The translations under genes and the position numbers were made by a program. Positions 8,119 through 18,100 of a stretch of DNA of 64,000 nucleotides are shown here, in pieces (within the stretch, counting starts at the first letter, position 1; every line of letters starts with the position of its first letter). The stretch comes from a phage. The stretch lies in sequence record PZ402301.1. One strand, 5' to 3'. The notes beneath the pieces are model-generated. The model saw only the letters and a list, made by a program, of their open reading frames with translations, did not search any database and was not told where the DNA came from.

Positions 8119-9055
8119 ATTTAAATTGTTCAGTAACGTCTTCAACTACTTCGTATTGGCAGGTACGCATTTTAGCGTCGTTATAATCAATCGGAATTGA
8201 TACTACATCGCGAGGATGTACTTTAACTTTTACAACTCGGCTGGTTGAACTGCCAAAGTGACGAATATAAGATTTAGAACACACATGCAGACCACGAGAA
8301 CAAGTTTGTGTATCATCGTCATTCACACGAGTACGTGGCATTTTAACTACTTTGCCAGGACTGTTATCAAAAGTATTTGAATGACAGTCAAAGTAATTAC
8401 TGCGAACTACTTTCCAAGCATAGAAGTAACCGTCTTCTGTAATTTCAATATCGTTTGCTACCAAAAAATCAAAGAGTCGAGATACTGCTTTTTGGCTTGG
8501 GTTTTCCAGCAGATTTTCCAAGAACGGAAAATAAAATTCAAAGTTTTCGCCTTTTTCCATCGAATCAAGAATACGATCAACTAAACCAGATCGCAATTCA
8601 ATATTTTGATAGAACAAGCTTCCACCTTCAATTCGAACATCACCGGAAATATATTTTTCAACAGCGCGACGAACGTTAATTTTTTGCGCTGCTTCTTCCA
8701 ATTTATCTGCAACAAGCAGATTAAGAATTTCTTGGAAGTTTGAATGAGTATTAGGAGTTGCGTTATAAGTTACACCGTCAACAGTAATTGAAATGAATTT
8801 TTTAGATGCATTCCAAATAATGTCAGATTTAGCAACTGGAGCAATAGCTGCATCGCTCTTAACTGTAACTGTAATGTCACCGCTAATGGTAACTTTGGAG
8901 CGCTCAGCTTCTTCAGCATTTTTCAAAACACGACGGATTGTGTCAACCGATACACCTTGCCAATCAGCCAATTCCTGTTGGGTATAATTACCACTTGAAT
9001 ACAATTTAACAATTTCAGCTTGTTCGTTTTTGGTCAGGCATTTAATATTGTACAT
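8117..9055 (-). CDS. rIIB: rIIB protein
   Basis: 312 aa, the T4 rIIB length, immediately downstream of rIIA. Confidence 0.85.
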   Translation of the reverse strand: MYNIKCLTKNEQAEIVKLYSSGNYTQQELADWQGVSVDTIRRVLKNAEEAERSKVTISGDITVTVKSDAAIAPVAKSDIIWNASKKFISITVDGVTYNATPNTHSNFQEILNLLVADKLEEAAQKINVRRAVEKYISGDVRIEGGSLFYQNIELRSGLVDRILDSMEKGENFEFYFPFLENLLENPSQKAVSRLFDFLVANDIEITEDGYFYAWKVVRSNYFDCHSNTFDNSPGKVVKMPRTRVNDDDTQTCSRGLHVCSKSYIRHFGSSTSRVVKVKVHPRDVVSIPIDYNDAKMRTCQYEVVEDVTEQFK

Positions 9056-9066
9056 AATTTTCCTTA

Positions 9067-11244
9067 TTAGGCCGCAAGGGCCTTCATAGTTTTAGCGATT
9101 TGGGAAACTTCATCATCACTTAAAGAATTGCGATAACCGATGAAGTCGGAAACAATACGGAATTTCTTGGTAAACTCAGCAACCATTTTATCACTGTTTT
9201 TTGAAGCATTATTTGATAATACATCAAAAAGATTAGTTACCGTCCAGATGTCATGACCGATGGTATCTTTTCCACCGTTGAAATATACACCCTGTAATGA
9301 ACTAACCATATTAGCGAGTCGTGTATATTCTTCGGAAACTTCATCTACACTGAAGTACTTCATCATAAAATCTAACTCAGGATACTTGATAATTTTATCA
9401 ATATATCGTTTAGCTGAACTTGAATAACCTACATACTTATCATAATCTACATCATCAAAAGCATCTACATATAAATCACGCAAAGTTTCAAAAATACATT
9501 GACACTGACCAAGTTCTTTTACCTTTTTCTGTAAAAGTGGACGAATAACATAAAATTCATTAATGCCAATAAGATTAGCCATACGAATCAAAATATTCGT
9601 AGATGGATGACAAAGCGATGTAGTACCATCCATAGAGAAAATATCAGAACGATGCATGTATGCTACATAACCAGTAATTTCATCTGCTTCTGACGTAAGT
9701 GTAAACAATTCCTCTTTTTCCCAGCGCCCGTCTTTAATTTCAAACTTAAATGCAGTAGCAGTTTTAGGACGAGGAGCTGTACTTTTTACTGCCTTTGGAA
9801 TATAACTTTTAACTAAAGCTTCGATTTCTGACAAATAATGAATGTTAACTTCATCACTTTCAAACATTGCCATAATATCAGGAAGCAAATCAATCTGCGA
9901 TTCTACTTCTGGATTAATAAACAGAAGCCGCTCATTGTGATGAATATTTAATGCGTTATTAAATTCACTATCATCTAACGCGCGTGCTAATCCACGGACA
10001 ATATTAACACGATTTTTAGTATTATCAATAACAATATTAATTTTTGTCGTATTAATACCAAACAGACGATAGCTTGATGCAACGGCTGAAGTTTCATGAC
10101 TTTGCTTAATGCGTTTCAGTCGAGGGTCAAGATTTACTTCATACACAACCCCTGCATTGCATAACTTACTGTCAGGTTCAAACATGCTCTGCATCTTTTT
10201 ATATGACAGATTTTTAGTCGTAAATTTGACTGAATTACTAATCATATAATCTCGAGCAGAATACCCCATCTTCATCAATTCACGGTATGTATGACGAGGA
10301 GATGTAGATTCTTTAAATCGTTTTACATCTTCATTAAATGCCTGCTCACTGAGCTCTTTAACACGCTCAATAATATTTTTACGAGTACGATCATCCAGCG
10401 AAAGAGCCTCACGCGATGGAGCAATATCAAGTGAACCCATTGGAAACTTAATATAATTCACTTCATTGCGAATGCTTAACCAGTTACGGTCTCTAATAAC
10501 ACCATCAATAGGATAAACAATACCACCATAGATAGCGTACAATCCACCACGATCTGGCCAGTATCTTTCTGGATTTACACCGTAATAGTCATCAAAATCC
10601 GGAAAATAATCAATTTCGCGGTCAAGACCATTAATAATAGCCAAATCTTTGAATGGTCGCATGATATAAGAAACTTCATAAGCAAAGTTTCTAAAGTCTT
10701 TTTCTTCAACCGGAACTACGATTTCAATGCCAGTTTTATCGTCTGGACCCATTTCTTTTACGAATGTAGGTTTAATCTGCGGACCGTCACCATCCATGTA
10801 AGCTACATAACCACGAATTTCACCTTTATGATATGAAGTAATACTAAATGTATCAGTATAACTAAACGGAGATTTAGAACCTAAACCAAATCCACCAATG
10901 AAATCATTAGATTCAGCCTTAGATGAACTAAAGTATGAATTATACAACCCAGGAGAATTATCATCACCCTGAATATCAAAATCGCTCATACCTGGACCAA
11001 AATCTCGGCAAACAAATCGCGGATCTAATCGTCCTGGAACTTGAATGATAAATTTTTCAGGATTTCCATTAAGAGCATGGGCATCAATCATGTTGGTAAT
11101 CAATTCACGGACTACTGCGCGAATCTTGTTTGTATACAAATCAGATGACAGAATTTTAAATACTTTAGGAGATGCTGTGATGCTAAATGCTTTTGATTTA
11201 GAACCATTGCCAAGAATTGTTTCTTTTTCAGTGGTGATAATCAT
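9067..11244 (-). CDS. rIIA: rIIA protein
   Basis: 725 aa, the T4 rIIA length, with an N-terminal GHKL-type ATPase-like motif ([10 protein letters not shown]). Confidence 0.85.
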   Translation of the reverse strand: MIITTEKETILGNGSKSKAFSITASPKVFKILSSDLYTNKIRAVVRELITNMIDAHALNGNPEKFIIQVPGRLDPRFVCRDFGPGMSDFDIQGDDNSPGLYNSYFSSSKAESNDFIGGFGLGSKSPFSYTDTFSITSYHKGEIRGYVAYMDGDGPQIKPTFVKEMGPDDKTGIEIVVPVEEKDFRNFAYEVSYIMRPFKDLAIINGLDREIDYFPDFDDYYGVNPERYWPDRGGLYAIYGGIVYPIDGVIRDRNWLSIRNEVNYIKFPMGSLDIAPSREALSLDDRTRKNIIERVKELSEQAFNEDVKRFKESTSPRHTYRELMKMGYSARDYMISNSVKFTTKNLSYKKMQSMFEPDSKLCNAGVVYEVNLDPRLKRIKQSHETSAVASSYRLFGINTTKINIVIDNTKNRVNIVRGLARALDDSEFNNALNIHHNERLLFINPEVESQIDLLPDIMAMFESDEVNIHYLSEIEALVKSYIPKAVKSTAPRPKTATAFKFEIKDGRWEKEELFTLTSEADEITGYVAYMHRSDIFSMDGTTSLCHPSTNILIRMANLIGINEFYVIRPLLQKKVKELGQCQCIFETLRDLYVDAFDDVDYDKYVGYSSSAKRYIDKIIKYPELDFMMKYFSVDEVSEEYTRLANMVSSLQGVYFNGGKDTIGHDIWTVTNLFDVLSNNASKNSDKMVAEFTKKFRIVSDFIGYRNSLSDDEVSQIAKTMKALAA

Positions 11245-11254
11245 AATTTCCTCA

Positions 11255-11458
11255 TTAATTCATATTGCGTTTAATAACTTCAGCAACTTCTAGTAGTTCA
11301 TCTTTAGTTGCGGTGTCGGATTGAATTTTATCTCTAATATCCTTAAAGCGGTTTTTAAACTCTTCGGCTTCTCCCATATCGAAAAAGCGTTGAATGATTC
11401 TATATTCTCGATGAACTGCTTTATCAAAAAGTTCTAAATTTACTCTGTATGATTTCAT
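11255..11458 (-). CDS. hypothetical protein (67 aa)
   Basis: Minus-strand ORF between an early promoter and rIIA. Confidence 0.5.
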   Translation of the reverse strand: MKSYRVNLELFDKAVHREYRIIQRFFDMGEAEEFKNRFKDIRDKIQSDTATKDELLEVAEVIKRNMN

Positions 11459-11483
11459 TTCAATGTCCTCATTTGCCCAATTA

Positions 11484-11513
11484 ATTATACCGCATCCTTG
11501 TGGTAAAGTAAAC
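11484..11513 (-). promoter_or_regulatory. early promoter (GTTTAC ... TATAAT)
   Basis: Minus-strand GTTTAC overlapping the gp39 stop, then an 18-nt spacer and a perfect TATAAT. Confidence 0.55.
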
Positions 11514-13333
11514 TATTGGCTCATCCATTCTTTACGAAGGTCAGCATTATCTCCCATGAGCATTTCAAAAAGCTCTTTCCAGTTCTCAGGAAGTTTAACA
11601 ACATCATATACTGGATTTTGAATCATCTCACGATATTCAGATTTTTCCAAAGAGCCAAGTCCTTTAATATAACGGATGCTATGTTTAGGTAGAGCATCTT
11701 TAGCACTCTCATATTCAGCGACTGTATAAAACCATTCTTGTTTTTTACCGACCTGAGCGATGATTACAGGAGTTTTGACAAAGCGAATTCTTCCTTGTTC
11801 AAACAGTTCTGGCCAATTACTGAAAAATCCGAGCAGAGAAGGATAAATGCTTCCTAGACCATCGTGGTCAGCGTCAGTCATAATAGCAATATTATGATAA
11901 TTCAAGTTTTCGGCTTTTTCACCAAGAACTAATCCAGTGATTGCGCAAATATCAAACAGTTCTTTGTTTTTAAGCATATCAGCATATGACATACCCCAAC
12001 TGTTGAGAACTTTACCACGTAATGGATAACCACCATGAAGTTCTTTATCACGAACATCAATAAGATATCCGATAGCGGAATCACCCTCAGTCAAGAAAAG
12101 AGTAGTGTCAGCATCTTTACCACAAAGATTCGCTTTAATATGTTTATGAACCTTAGCTTTAGAAGCCTTTTTAGCTGCTTTAGTTTCTGCTGCTTTTTCT
12201 GCCGCCAATTTACGAGCCAAGGCAGCTTCAATGATTGGCATTAAAATTGCTTCATTGTTTAAAATAGCGCGTGAAATCTTTTTAGCATCAAGCTGAATAT
12301 GACTACGAATTTCACCAAAAGGAGAAGTCAAACGCTCTTTAGTTTGAGAATCAAATCGCATGTTTTTCATATCACGAACAAACATAACGATAGTCAAACA
12401 TTCTTTAACGCGTGCTTTAGTTACATCAATTTTAAATTTACGTTTGATTTGTGGAATAAGGTCTTCACAAATATCATCCATAACACAGTCAATGTGATGA
12501 CCACCATTCTTAGTATGAATGTTATTGACGTATGTTAATTGACGAAAACCATCCGGTGAACGACCAACCGCAATAGAGCAATTTTCCTGTTCTTGAACGA
12601 TAGCATGCTCATCATACTGGCGTGCATACTTCTTAAAATTGCCCTGAACCTTTTTACCATTAAAGGTAAATTGAATATCAGGATAAACTACTGCAAGTGT
12701 CTGGAGACGATCTAGTGTAATGTCAAGATAAACTTGAGATAGCTCATTAGTTTCAAATGACATAAAATCAGGAATGAAAGTAACGCGAGTTCCTTTCCAT
12801 TTTCCAGGAATAGTTTCCCATGATTTATTTTCCATGCCGTTTGAACAACGAACTACAATATTATTTTGACCGTCGCCAGTTTCACCGACAAACATCACAG
12901 AAAAAATGTTAGTTAAACTAGAACCAACACCGTTCATACCGCCAGTGACGCGTTCTTTGTCATCACCGAAGTTACCACCTGCTTTTGGAATAGTCCAGGC
13001 AGCAACAGGACCAGGAATTTCTTCACCAGTAGGTGTTTTAACCATCGCTTGTGGAATACCGCGACCGTTATCTTCAACTGTTACTTGATTGTTTTTGATA
13101 GTAACATTAATTTTATTTGCGAATTTAAACTTAGTACGAATACCTTCATCTACTGAGTTATCGATAATTTCATCAATAAGCTTAACAAGACCAGGTACAT
13201 ACTGAACACTTTCCCATTTACCAAACAGAAAGCGCTCATGCATTTCATTAGCAGAAGAGCCAATATACATGCCGCTACGCTTTTTGATATGTTCAATATC
13301 GCTCAGAATTTTAATTTCATTCTTAATCATCAC
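11513..13333 (-). CDS. 39: DNA topoisomerase II large subunit (GyrB-like), unsplit
   Basis: 606-aa single ORF with GHKL ATPase and Toprim regions; the length equals T4 gp39 plus gp60 combined. Confidence 0.9.
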   Translation of the reverse strand: MMIKNEIKILSDIEHIKKRSGMYIGSSANEMHERFLFGKWESVQYVPGLVKLIDEIIDNSVDEGIRTKFKFANKINVTIKNNQVTVEDNGRGIPQAMVKTPTGEEIPGPVAAWTIPKAGGNFGDDKERVTGGMNGVGSSLTNIFSVMFVGETGDGQNNIVVRCSNGMENKSWETIPGKWKGTRVTFIPDFMSFETNELSQVYLDITLDRLQTLAVVYPDIQFTFNGKKVQGNFKKYARQYDEHAIVQEQENCSIAVGRSPDGFRQLTYVNNIHTKNGGHHIDCVMDDICEDLIPQIKRKFKIDVTKARVKECLTIVMFVRDMKNMRFDSQTKERLTSPFGEIRSHIQLDAKKISRAILNNEAILMPIIEAALARKLAAEKAAETKAAKKASKAKVHKHIKANLCGKDADTTLFLTEGDSAIGYLIDVRDKELHGGYPLRGKVLNSWGMSYADMLKNKELFDICAITGLVLGEKAENLNYHNIAIMTDADHDGLGSIYPSLLGFFSNWPELFEQGRIRFVKTPVIIAQVGKKQEWFYTVAEYESAKDALPKHSIRYIKGLGSLEKSEYREMIQNPVYDVVKLPENWKELFEMLMGDNADLRKEWMSQ

Positions 13334-13382
13334 TTATCCTCGTTTGGTTTCGGGAATATTATACTCCGGTAATCATAAAGCT

Positions 13383-13400
13383 AAAGGCCCGAAGGCCTTT
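13383..13400 (-). terminator. UUCG-type hairpin
   Basis: aaaggcc-cgaa-ggccttt followed by a T-run. Confidence 0.5.
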
Positions 13401-13657
13401 TATTTAAAACGGATAGTTGAATCCTTAAAGAACAGCCCAGAACACACAGTTCCTTCTACTTTCTGCCCGGTAGGTCCAATAGCACGAAATCCAGTATGCT
13501 GGAAATCATTTTCAGAGCAACCGAACCAGTTGTATCCAGTGATTTCAATATTAGTAAAACCGCTTGAAGACAAAACTTTGGTTGCGTTATCAGCATCAGT
13601 ACATCCTACTAAAGATACTGCTAATACTAATGCCGCGATAGAACGATTAACATATTT
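13400..13657 (-). CDS. predicted lipoprotein
   Basis: Signal peptide with lipobox (MKYVNRSIAALVLAVSLVGC); start taken at the internal Met. Confidence 0.45.
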   Translation of the reverse strand, partial: KYVNRSIAALVLAVSLVGCTDADNATKVLSSSGFTNIEITGYNWFGCSENDFQHTGFRAIGPTGQKVEGTVCSGLFFKDSTIRFK

Positions 13658-13664
13658 CATAATT

Positions 13665-14036
13665 TCACTCAAATTTAATGGCTTGAAGGAGACTAATAAT
13701 TCTCAAGCGACTTCTTTCATCTTTAACTGTAAAAGAAAGAGGGTCACCAGATTTCATAGTGATAGTGCATTCAAAATCAAAATCTTCAGGAACTTCTTCG
13801 AAGAAGTCAAATTCTTCATCATAAATTAGAACATTACTCTGAAAACTGTGAAGAATTTTTCCATCATTTCCAGATGCTGTACTAATCATTGTAACATTAT
13901 GGCCTTTCATATCTTCAACGATAAATTCGCTTGTAGATATTACGGCATTAATAGAACTATTCCTATAAATAGAAGAAAGTAAATATTTCTTTTCTTCACC
14001 TTCGCGAACACGATATTTCTTACCAATTTTAAACAT
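13665..14036 (-). CDS. hypothetical protein
   Basis: Minus-strand ORF; the track start is a GTG, and the ATG two codons in (MFKIGKKYRV) is more likely. Confidence 0.45.
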   Translation of the reverse strand: MFKIGKKYRVREGEEKKYLLSSIYRNSSINAVISTSEFIVEDMKGHNVTMISTASGNDGKILHSFQSNVLIYDEEFDFFEEVPEDFDFECTITMKSGDPLSFTVKDERSRLRIISLLQAIKFE

Positions 14037-14038
14037 AA

Positions 14039-14215
14039 TCACCCTTTAAGTAAGTCGTAAAATCCACCATTCACATGCTTAGGAGCAGAAGGCCGACGAG
14101 TAGACAAACGATGACATTTAGGGCAAACATCATTTTCTCGTTCAGAAATCTTTTTAATTTTTTCATATTCATGCCCACAATCTTCGGATTGGCATTTATA
14201 ATCATACATTGGCAT
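14039..14215 (-). CDS. FmdB-type zinc-ribbon protein (58 aa)
   Basis: Hand-found ORF MPMYDYKCQSEDCGHEYEKI...CPKCHRL: two CxxC pairs in the MPxYxYxC pattern typical of FmdB-family zinc ribbons; overlapped stop/start with both neighbours. Confidence 0.5.
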   Translation of the reverse strand: MPMYDYKCQSEDCGHEYEKIKKISERENDVCPKCHRLSTRRPSAPKHVNGGFYDLLKG

Positions 14216-14217
14216 AA

Positions 14218-14637
14218 TTATTCCTTAAAATGTGCTTTCAACATCTGATACAAGGACCATGCCTGTTCATTATTTTCAATAGTAACTTTCATTACCGGGA
14301 ATTCTGTGAAATCTTCTATTTGTTCTTGCTCTTCCTGCTCTTGTTCTTCAGCAGCCTGATATGGATTTTCCACTTCATCAAAGAACCCAGCTTCGTTAGT
14401 AGAGAGCCAGATAAAGTTTTCATCAAGGATATCACCGCCGGCACAACGTTTGAGTACACCTATGGATGTCATAATTTTAGTAGGACGCCCAAGATAATCA
14501 GCATCTAAAATTTTAAAAGGCTCCATACCTAAACGTCGTGCATAGATTCCGTTATCAGTATGGTCTTTAATAAAATTTTCTTGAGCTTGTTTATTTTTAA
14601 ATTGATACCATTTATTAACTTCAAATTTAATAGCCAT
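14218..14637 (-). CDS. hypothetical acidic protein (139 aa)
   Basis: Minus-strand ORF with an [10 protein letters not shown] acidic low-complexity tract. Confidence 0.45.
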   Translation of the reverse strand: MAIKFEVNKWYQFKNKQAQENFIKDHTDNGIYARRLGMEPFKILDADYLGRPTKIMTSIGVLKRCAGGDILDENFIWLSTNEAGFFDEVENPYQAAEEQEQEEQEQIEDFTEFPVMKVTIENNEQAWSLYQMLKAHFKE

Positions 14638-14852
14638 TAATAAATTTCCTTCCAGTAAGTTGTACCGTCTTCAGTAATTTCACGAAATACACCATAAATT
14701 GGCTGTTTATCACCGACTTTCTCATACACATAAACAGAAGTCAAGTGAGTAAACTTGCTAGTATGTTCCTTTTGAACTACTACCAAATCTGGATCAAATA
14801 ATACATCTTCAAATTCGTCATTAGTGCAGTTCTGAACAATTTTACGTTTCAT
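14637..14852 (-). CDS. hypothetical protein (71 aa)
   Basis: Minus-strand ORF; stop/start overlap with the downstream gene. Confidence 0.4.
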   Translation of the reverse strand: MKRKIVQNCTNDEFEDVLFDPDLVVVQKEHTSKFTHLTSVYVYEKVGDKQPIYGVFREITEDGTTYWKEIY

Positions 14853-14865
14853 TACAATTTCCTCA

Positions 14866-15135
14866 TTAATTGAACAGTGGAGCGATGCGTTTCAGAAGAG
14901 TAGCAGCACCTTTGGCGAATTTTACATCATGAAAAACAGTTTCTTCTTCCGTTACAACACGAACTTTAATGTTTTCACAATCCCAATTTTTGCGAACAAT
15001 CTTCAAAAGCTGCAGTAAATCTTTACATTCAGCAATATCGATAACACATCCACGAGAATCTTCCATTATCGCACGATAACCATAAGCCATACCATAATCG
15101 TTGAAAGATTGTTCGATGATAATTAAGTTTTCCAT
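14866..15135 (-). CDS. hypothetical protein (about 89 aa)
   Basis: Start placed at the ATG after GGAGAATAAA (MENLIIIEQSF...); the track ORF extends a few codons further. Confidence 0.45.
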   Translation of the reverse strand: MENLIIIEQSFNDYGMAYGYRAIMEDSRGCVIDIAECKDLLQLLKIVRKNWDCENIKVRVVTEEETVFHDVKFAKGAATLLKRIAPLFN

Positions 15136-15232
15136 TTTATTCTCCAAGTTATTTTCTGTATCAGTAGTTGATATTGATATAGTACCATAATCAACTACTG
15201 ATGTATATAGTTTTATGAAAAAATTTTAAACT

Positions 15233-15730
15233 TTATGCACAGCGGGCTTTGCTATAGTGTTTAATCCAACTTTCAGGAATGGCTTTGTATGTTCCTAAAA
15301 ATACCGCGTTGTACAACTTAACGCCATCTTCTACCCATTGATCGGTAATGTATGCACACATAGCGCGAGTACGACGTTTTTGAACAACCCCTTCTTCGTC
15401 TTCGGTAAATTCAAATTCATAAGGAGCGACGAACTTAATAGCTTGACCGAGTTTCCACTTAAAGTCTACGCCTACATGCGAAGTATCAATCGTTTCAATT
15501 CCTTTAGCAGGAACAGCTTTCAAAAAAGCAGACTCAAGAAATTTCGCACGAACATAGCCAAACTGAGGTTTAGACTTTCCATCTTTAGGAATGATACGCA
15601 CTTTTACTTCAGAATCTTCATCTTTAACGCCATGTTTAAGCTGAATGCTTACAATTTCGACCAATTTTCCTGCTGCTTTAGAACGGGATTTATCAGATAC
15701 ACGAGCAATTTCACCAATATTAATAATCAT
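15233..15730 (-). CDS. hypothetical protein, paralog A (165 aa)
   Basis: C-terminal block CAYITDQWVEDGVKLYNAVFLG resembles that of the adjacent ORF 15807..16349. Confidence 0.5.
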   Translation of the reverse strand: MIINIGEIARVSDKSRSKAAGKLVEIVSIQLKHGVKDEDSEVKVRIIPKDGKSKPQFGYVRAKFLESAFLKAVPAKGIETIDTSHVGVDFKWKLGQAIKFVAPYEFEFTEDEEGVVQKRRTRAMCAYITDQWVEDGVKLYNAVFLGTYKAIPESWIKHYSKARCA

Positions 15731-15806
15731 AGTTATCTCTCACTTGTTAAAAAGATTTTATACTCCACGGGACCATTATACTCTGATCCCAAGAGTTTGT
15801 AAACTA

Positions 15807-16349
15807 TTAATTTAAAATAGCTACCACCGCACTACGAGGTACTACACTAAAATCGCCTGCATGCACAACATTCAGAAGTTCAACGCCATCTTCAATCCAT
15901 TGGTCTGTTACCCAACCACAGACCGAAATAAATGGGGTCTTGATAGCTACAGCACGAGTTAAAAGGTCGGTAGGGTCTTGTTCTTCAACTTCTTGGAACA
16001 GGATGAACTCTGCTTCATAAACCAGGATTTTCTCTATTTTGTTATTGTCTAAACGACGACCGTGAATGACGTAAGATTTGGCAAACCAGCCACTTTTGGC
16101 AAATTCTTCAACAATAAATTCGCCTTCGCCAAAAACATCAGTCAAAGTTTTATGGCCGGAAATCAAGGCATTAGTTTTAATTTCAGGTTCAACCAGTTTG
16201 TAGGTTTTGCCGATTTCAATAGCGGTAGTCATAGTAGGTTCCTTAATTTCCAGTGGTTCAACAGGGCATACATAAGTGCTTACAACATCAAAATCAATCA
16301 GTTTAGCTACCGGATTTGGTGTGTATTCAGGATTATAATTAAATTTCAT
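15807..16349 (-). CDS. hypothetical protein, paralog B (180 aa)
   Basis: C-terminal block CGWVTDQWIEDGVELLNVVHAG resembles that of ORF 15233..15730. Confidence 0.5.
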   Translation of the reverse strand: MKFNYNPEYTPNPVAKLIDFDVVSTYVCPVEPLEIKEPTMTTAIEIGKTYKLVEPEIKTNALISGHKTLTDVFGEGEFIVEEFAKSGWFAKSYVIHGRRLDNNKIEKILVYEAEFILFQEVEEQDPTDLLTRAVAIKTPFISVCGWVTDQWIEDGVELLNVVHAGDFSVVPRSAVVAILN

Positions 16350-16351
16350 AT

Positions 16352-16852
16352 TTATCTCATTTCAATAAAATCTACGAGTTCAGCATGCGATTTGCGGAAC
16401 ATTACTTGGTGCCCGCCAATGATAACTTCATCTTCAGGAACTTCATATACAGCAAGATAAAATCCTTTAGAAGATAATTCTTCACGTTCTTCTCGTGTGA
16501 ACCATCTCATCATATCATATTCACTAGCGAAAGCAAAATGATAAAGAGCTATAAACCATCCTGGAATATGATATTCTACTCCAACATAATCTTTCTTGAA
16601 CTTAGTATTAATTACTATATTAGCGTTTTTAACTAATAGTTTATCTTCGTGCGGTAAAGGAATTCTTTTATTATTATCGCTATGATGCATAAAATTAGGT
16701 CTATCATAACCTACGTGTAATAACCACTCTTCGCTCCATGAATCTATTATACTCCTGTACGGCGTTATTTGAACACAAAGATTTCGACGTATTGTTATAG
16801 CATCTTCATGATTAAGAATACTAAAAGATGATTCAACACGATAAATTTTCAT
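16352..16852 (-). CDS. hypothetical protein (about 166 aa)
   Basis: Start placed at the ATG after GAGGATAATAAA (MKIYRVESSF...); the track ORF begins at a TTG inside the promoter. Confidence 0.45.
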   Translation of the reverse strand: MKIYRVESSFSILNHEDAITIRRNLCVQITPYRSIIDSWSEEWLLHVGYDRPNFMHHSDNNKRIPLPHEDKLLVKNANIVINTKFKKDYVGVEYHIPGWFIALYHFAFASEYDMMRWFTREEREELSSKGFYLAVYEVPEDEVIIGGHQVMFRKSHAELVDFIEMR

Positions 16853-16864
16853 TTTATTATCCTC

Positions 16865-16915
16865 AGTAGCTATGATGTTATAATACCACAACTAACCGAG
16901 GAAGTAAACAACTTT
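16865..16915 (-). promoter_or_regulatory. early promoter (GTTTAC, 18 nt, TATTAT)
   Basis: Minus strand GTTTACttcctcggttagttgtggTATTAT; the spacer carries a UCCUC anti-SD complementary to the downstream GAGGA. Confidence 0.55.
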
Positions 16916-17599
16916 TTATCGTTTTGTTGGAAGAGACAGAGGATCGCACTCTTCCTCTGACGGAGCATCTTCAAGACCCATAGCATATCGCAAAGCATAC
17001 TTCATCATCAGGATGTCTTTCGCACAGTCATGAATAGAATCATGTGCAACGAATCCATCTAAAGTTCCCTTTGGAAGAGGACATGTGGTCATATCACGAA
17101 CAAGAAGAAGTGCTTCAATTCTGGTACGAATATCACGCTGATTCCAGAATTTACATGGTTCTAACTTAAACGTGTCAAGCTCATTCTCGGAAACGCCGTT
17201 AAGACGTTGAATATCGCGAATGAGATCGACTAAAATTGGAAAATCAAACGACATTCCACGGCACCAACCCTGAGATTTCCAAGGATCGATATTATGCGCA
17301 TTGATGTAATCATTAAATTTTACAATACCATCGATAGTGCTTACATCTTCATCTGATGGCGCAATATTTTTTCGAGCTTCAGGAGACTGATTTTTCCACC
17401 ATTCGATAGTGCTTTTAGTAAAAAGACGATGTCCTTTTTGGCTTTTTAAATCAAACTTGATTTTAATGCCGCGTGAAACTAATTCATCGAATGTTTCAAC
17501 TACTTCTGGATTAGGGTCAAAGGCAATAACAGCCAAATCAATAACAGCTGCCTTTTCACCGCTTCCCATTGTTTCAAAATCTATAATAAAATCAAACAT
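16916..17599 (-). CDS. dexA: exonuclease A (DnaQ-like 3'-5' exonuclease)
   Basis: 227 aa with the Exo I motif (FDFIIDFETMG) and the T4 DexA length and position. Confidence 0.8.
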   Translation of the reverse strand: MFDFIIDFETMGSGEKAAVIDLAVIAFDPNPEVVETFDELVSRGIKIKFDLKSQKGHRLFTKSTIEWWKNQSPEARKNIAPSDEDVSTIDGIVKFNDYINAHNIDPWKSQGWCRGMSFDFPILVDLIRDIQRLNGVSENELDTFKLEPCKFWNQRDIRTRIEALLLVRDMTTCPLPKGTLDGFVAHDSIHDCAKDILMMKYALRYAMGLEDAPSEEECDPLSLPTKR

Positions 17600-17874
17600 T
17601 AAATTTTCCTCGCTAAATCACGAATTTGACCTACAGTATAATCTTGGATATAAACTTTATTAATGGGCTCATCAATAAATTTTGCCATAGATTCAATATC
17701 TTTTTGTATCTCTTCAAGACTGTATACTATCTTTAAAGCTTTTTCGCGAATAGTAACATTATCAGGTCCTGAATTTTCTTGAATGACAGCTTTAACATTT
17801 GCCATAAGAGATTTAAACTGATGCAAACTTAATTCAATCATTAATAACCGCCTTATAAAGATGGCTAATTTCAC
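17599..17874 (-). CDS. hypothetical protein (91 aa)
   Basis: Minus-strand ORF with stop/start overlap. Confidence 0.4.
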   Translation of the reverse strand: MKLAIFIRRLLMIELSLHQFKSLMANVKAVIQENSGPDNVTIREKALKIVYSLEEIQKDIESMAKFIDEPINKVYIQDYTVGQIRDLARKI

Positions 17875-18079
17875 CTAAAACATAATCACTGATTGTAACA
17901 GTTTTCACTTCACCGCAAAAGAATTCTAATGCAATCAAATCTCGTTCAATTTCTTCCAATTGAAGCATTAACTTTCCCGATTCAATTTTCACGTTTTTGC
18001 GATTTTTACTATAAGCTATTTCATAAATTTCGCTCACTTTATCTTGAAGTAGATAAAACTGGTCTTTAGTTATTTCCAC
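17834..18079 (-). CDS. hypothetical protein (81 aa)
   Basis: Minus-strand ORF between dda and dexA. Confidence 0.4.
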   Translation of the reverse strand: MEITKDQFYLLQDKVSEIYEIAYSKNRKNVKIESGKLMLQLEEIERDLIALEFFCGEVKTVTISDYVLGEISHLYKAVIND

Positions 18080-18100
18080 GAATAGCTTCCTCGAATTTAA

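Noticed and set aside
11513-13333. Gene 60 translational bypass element or mobA-type insertion within the topoisomerase gene.
   Set aside because: The ORF is continuous for 606 codons with no internal stop or hairpin-flanked gap.
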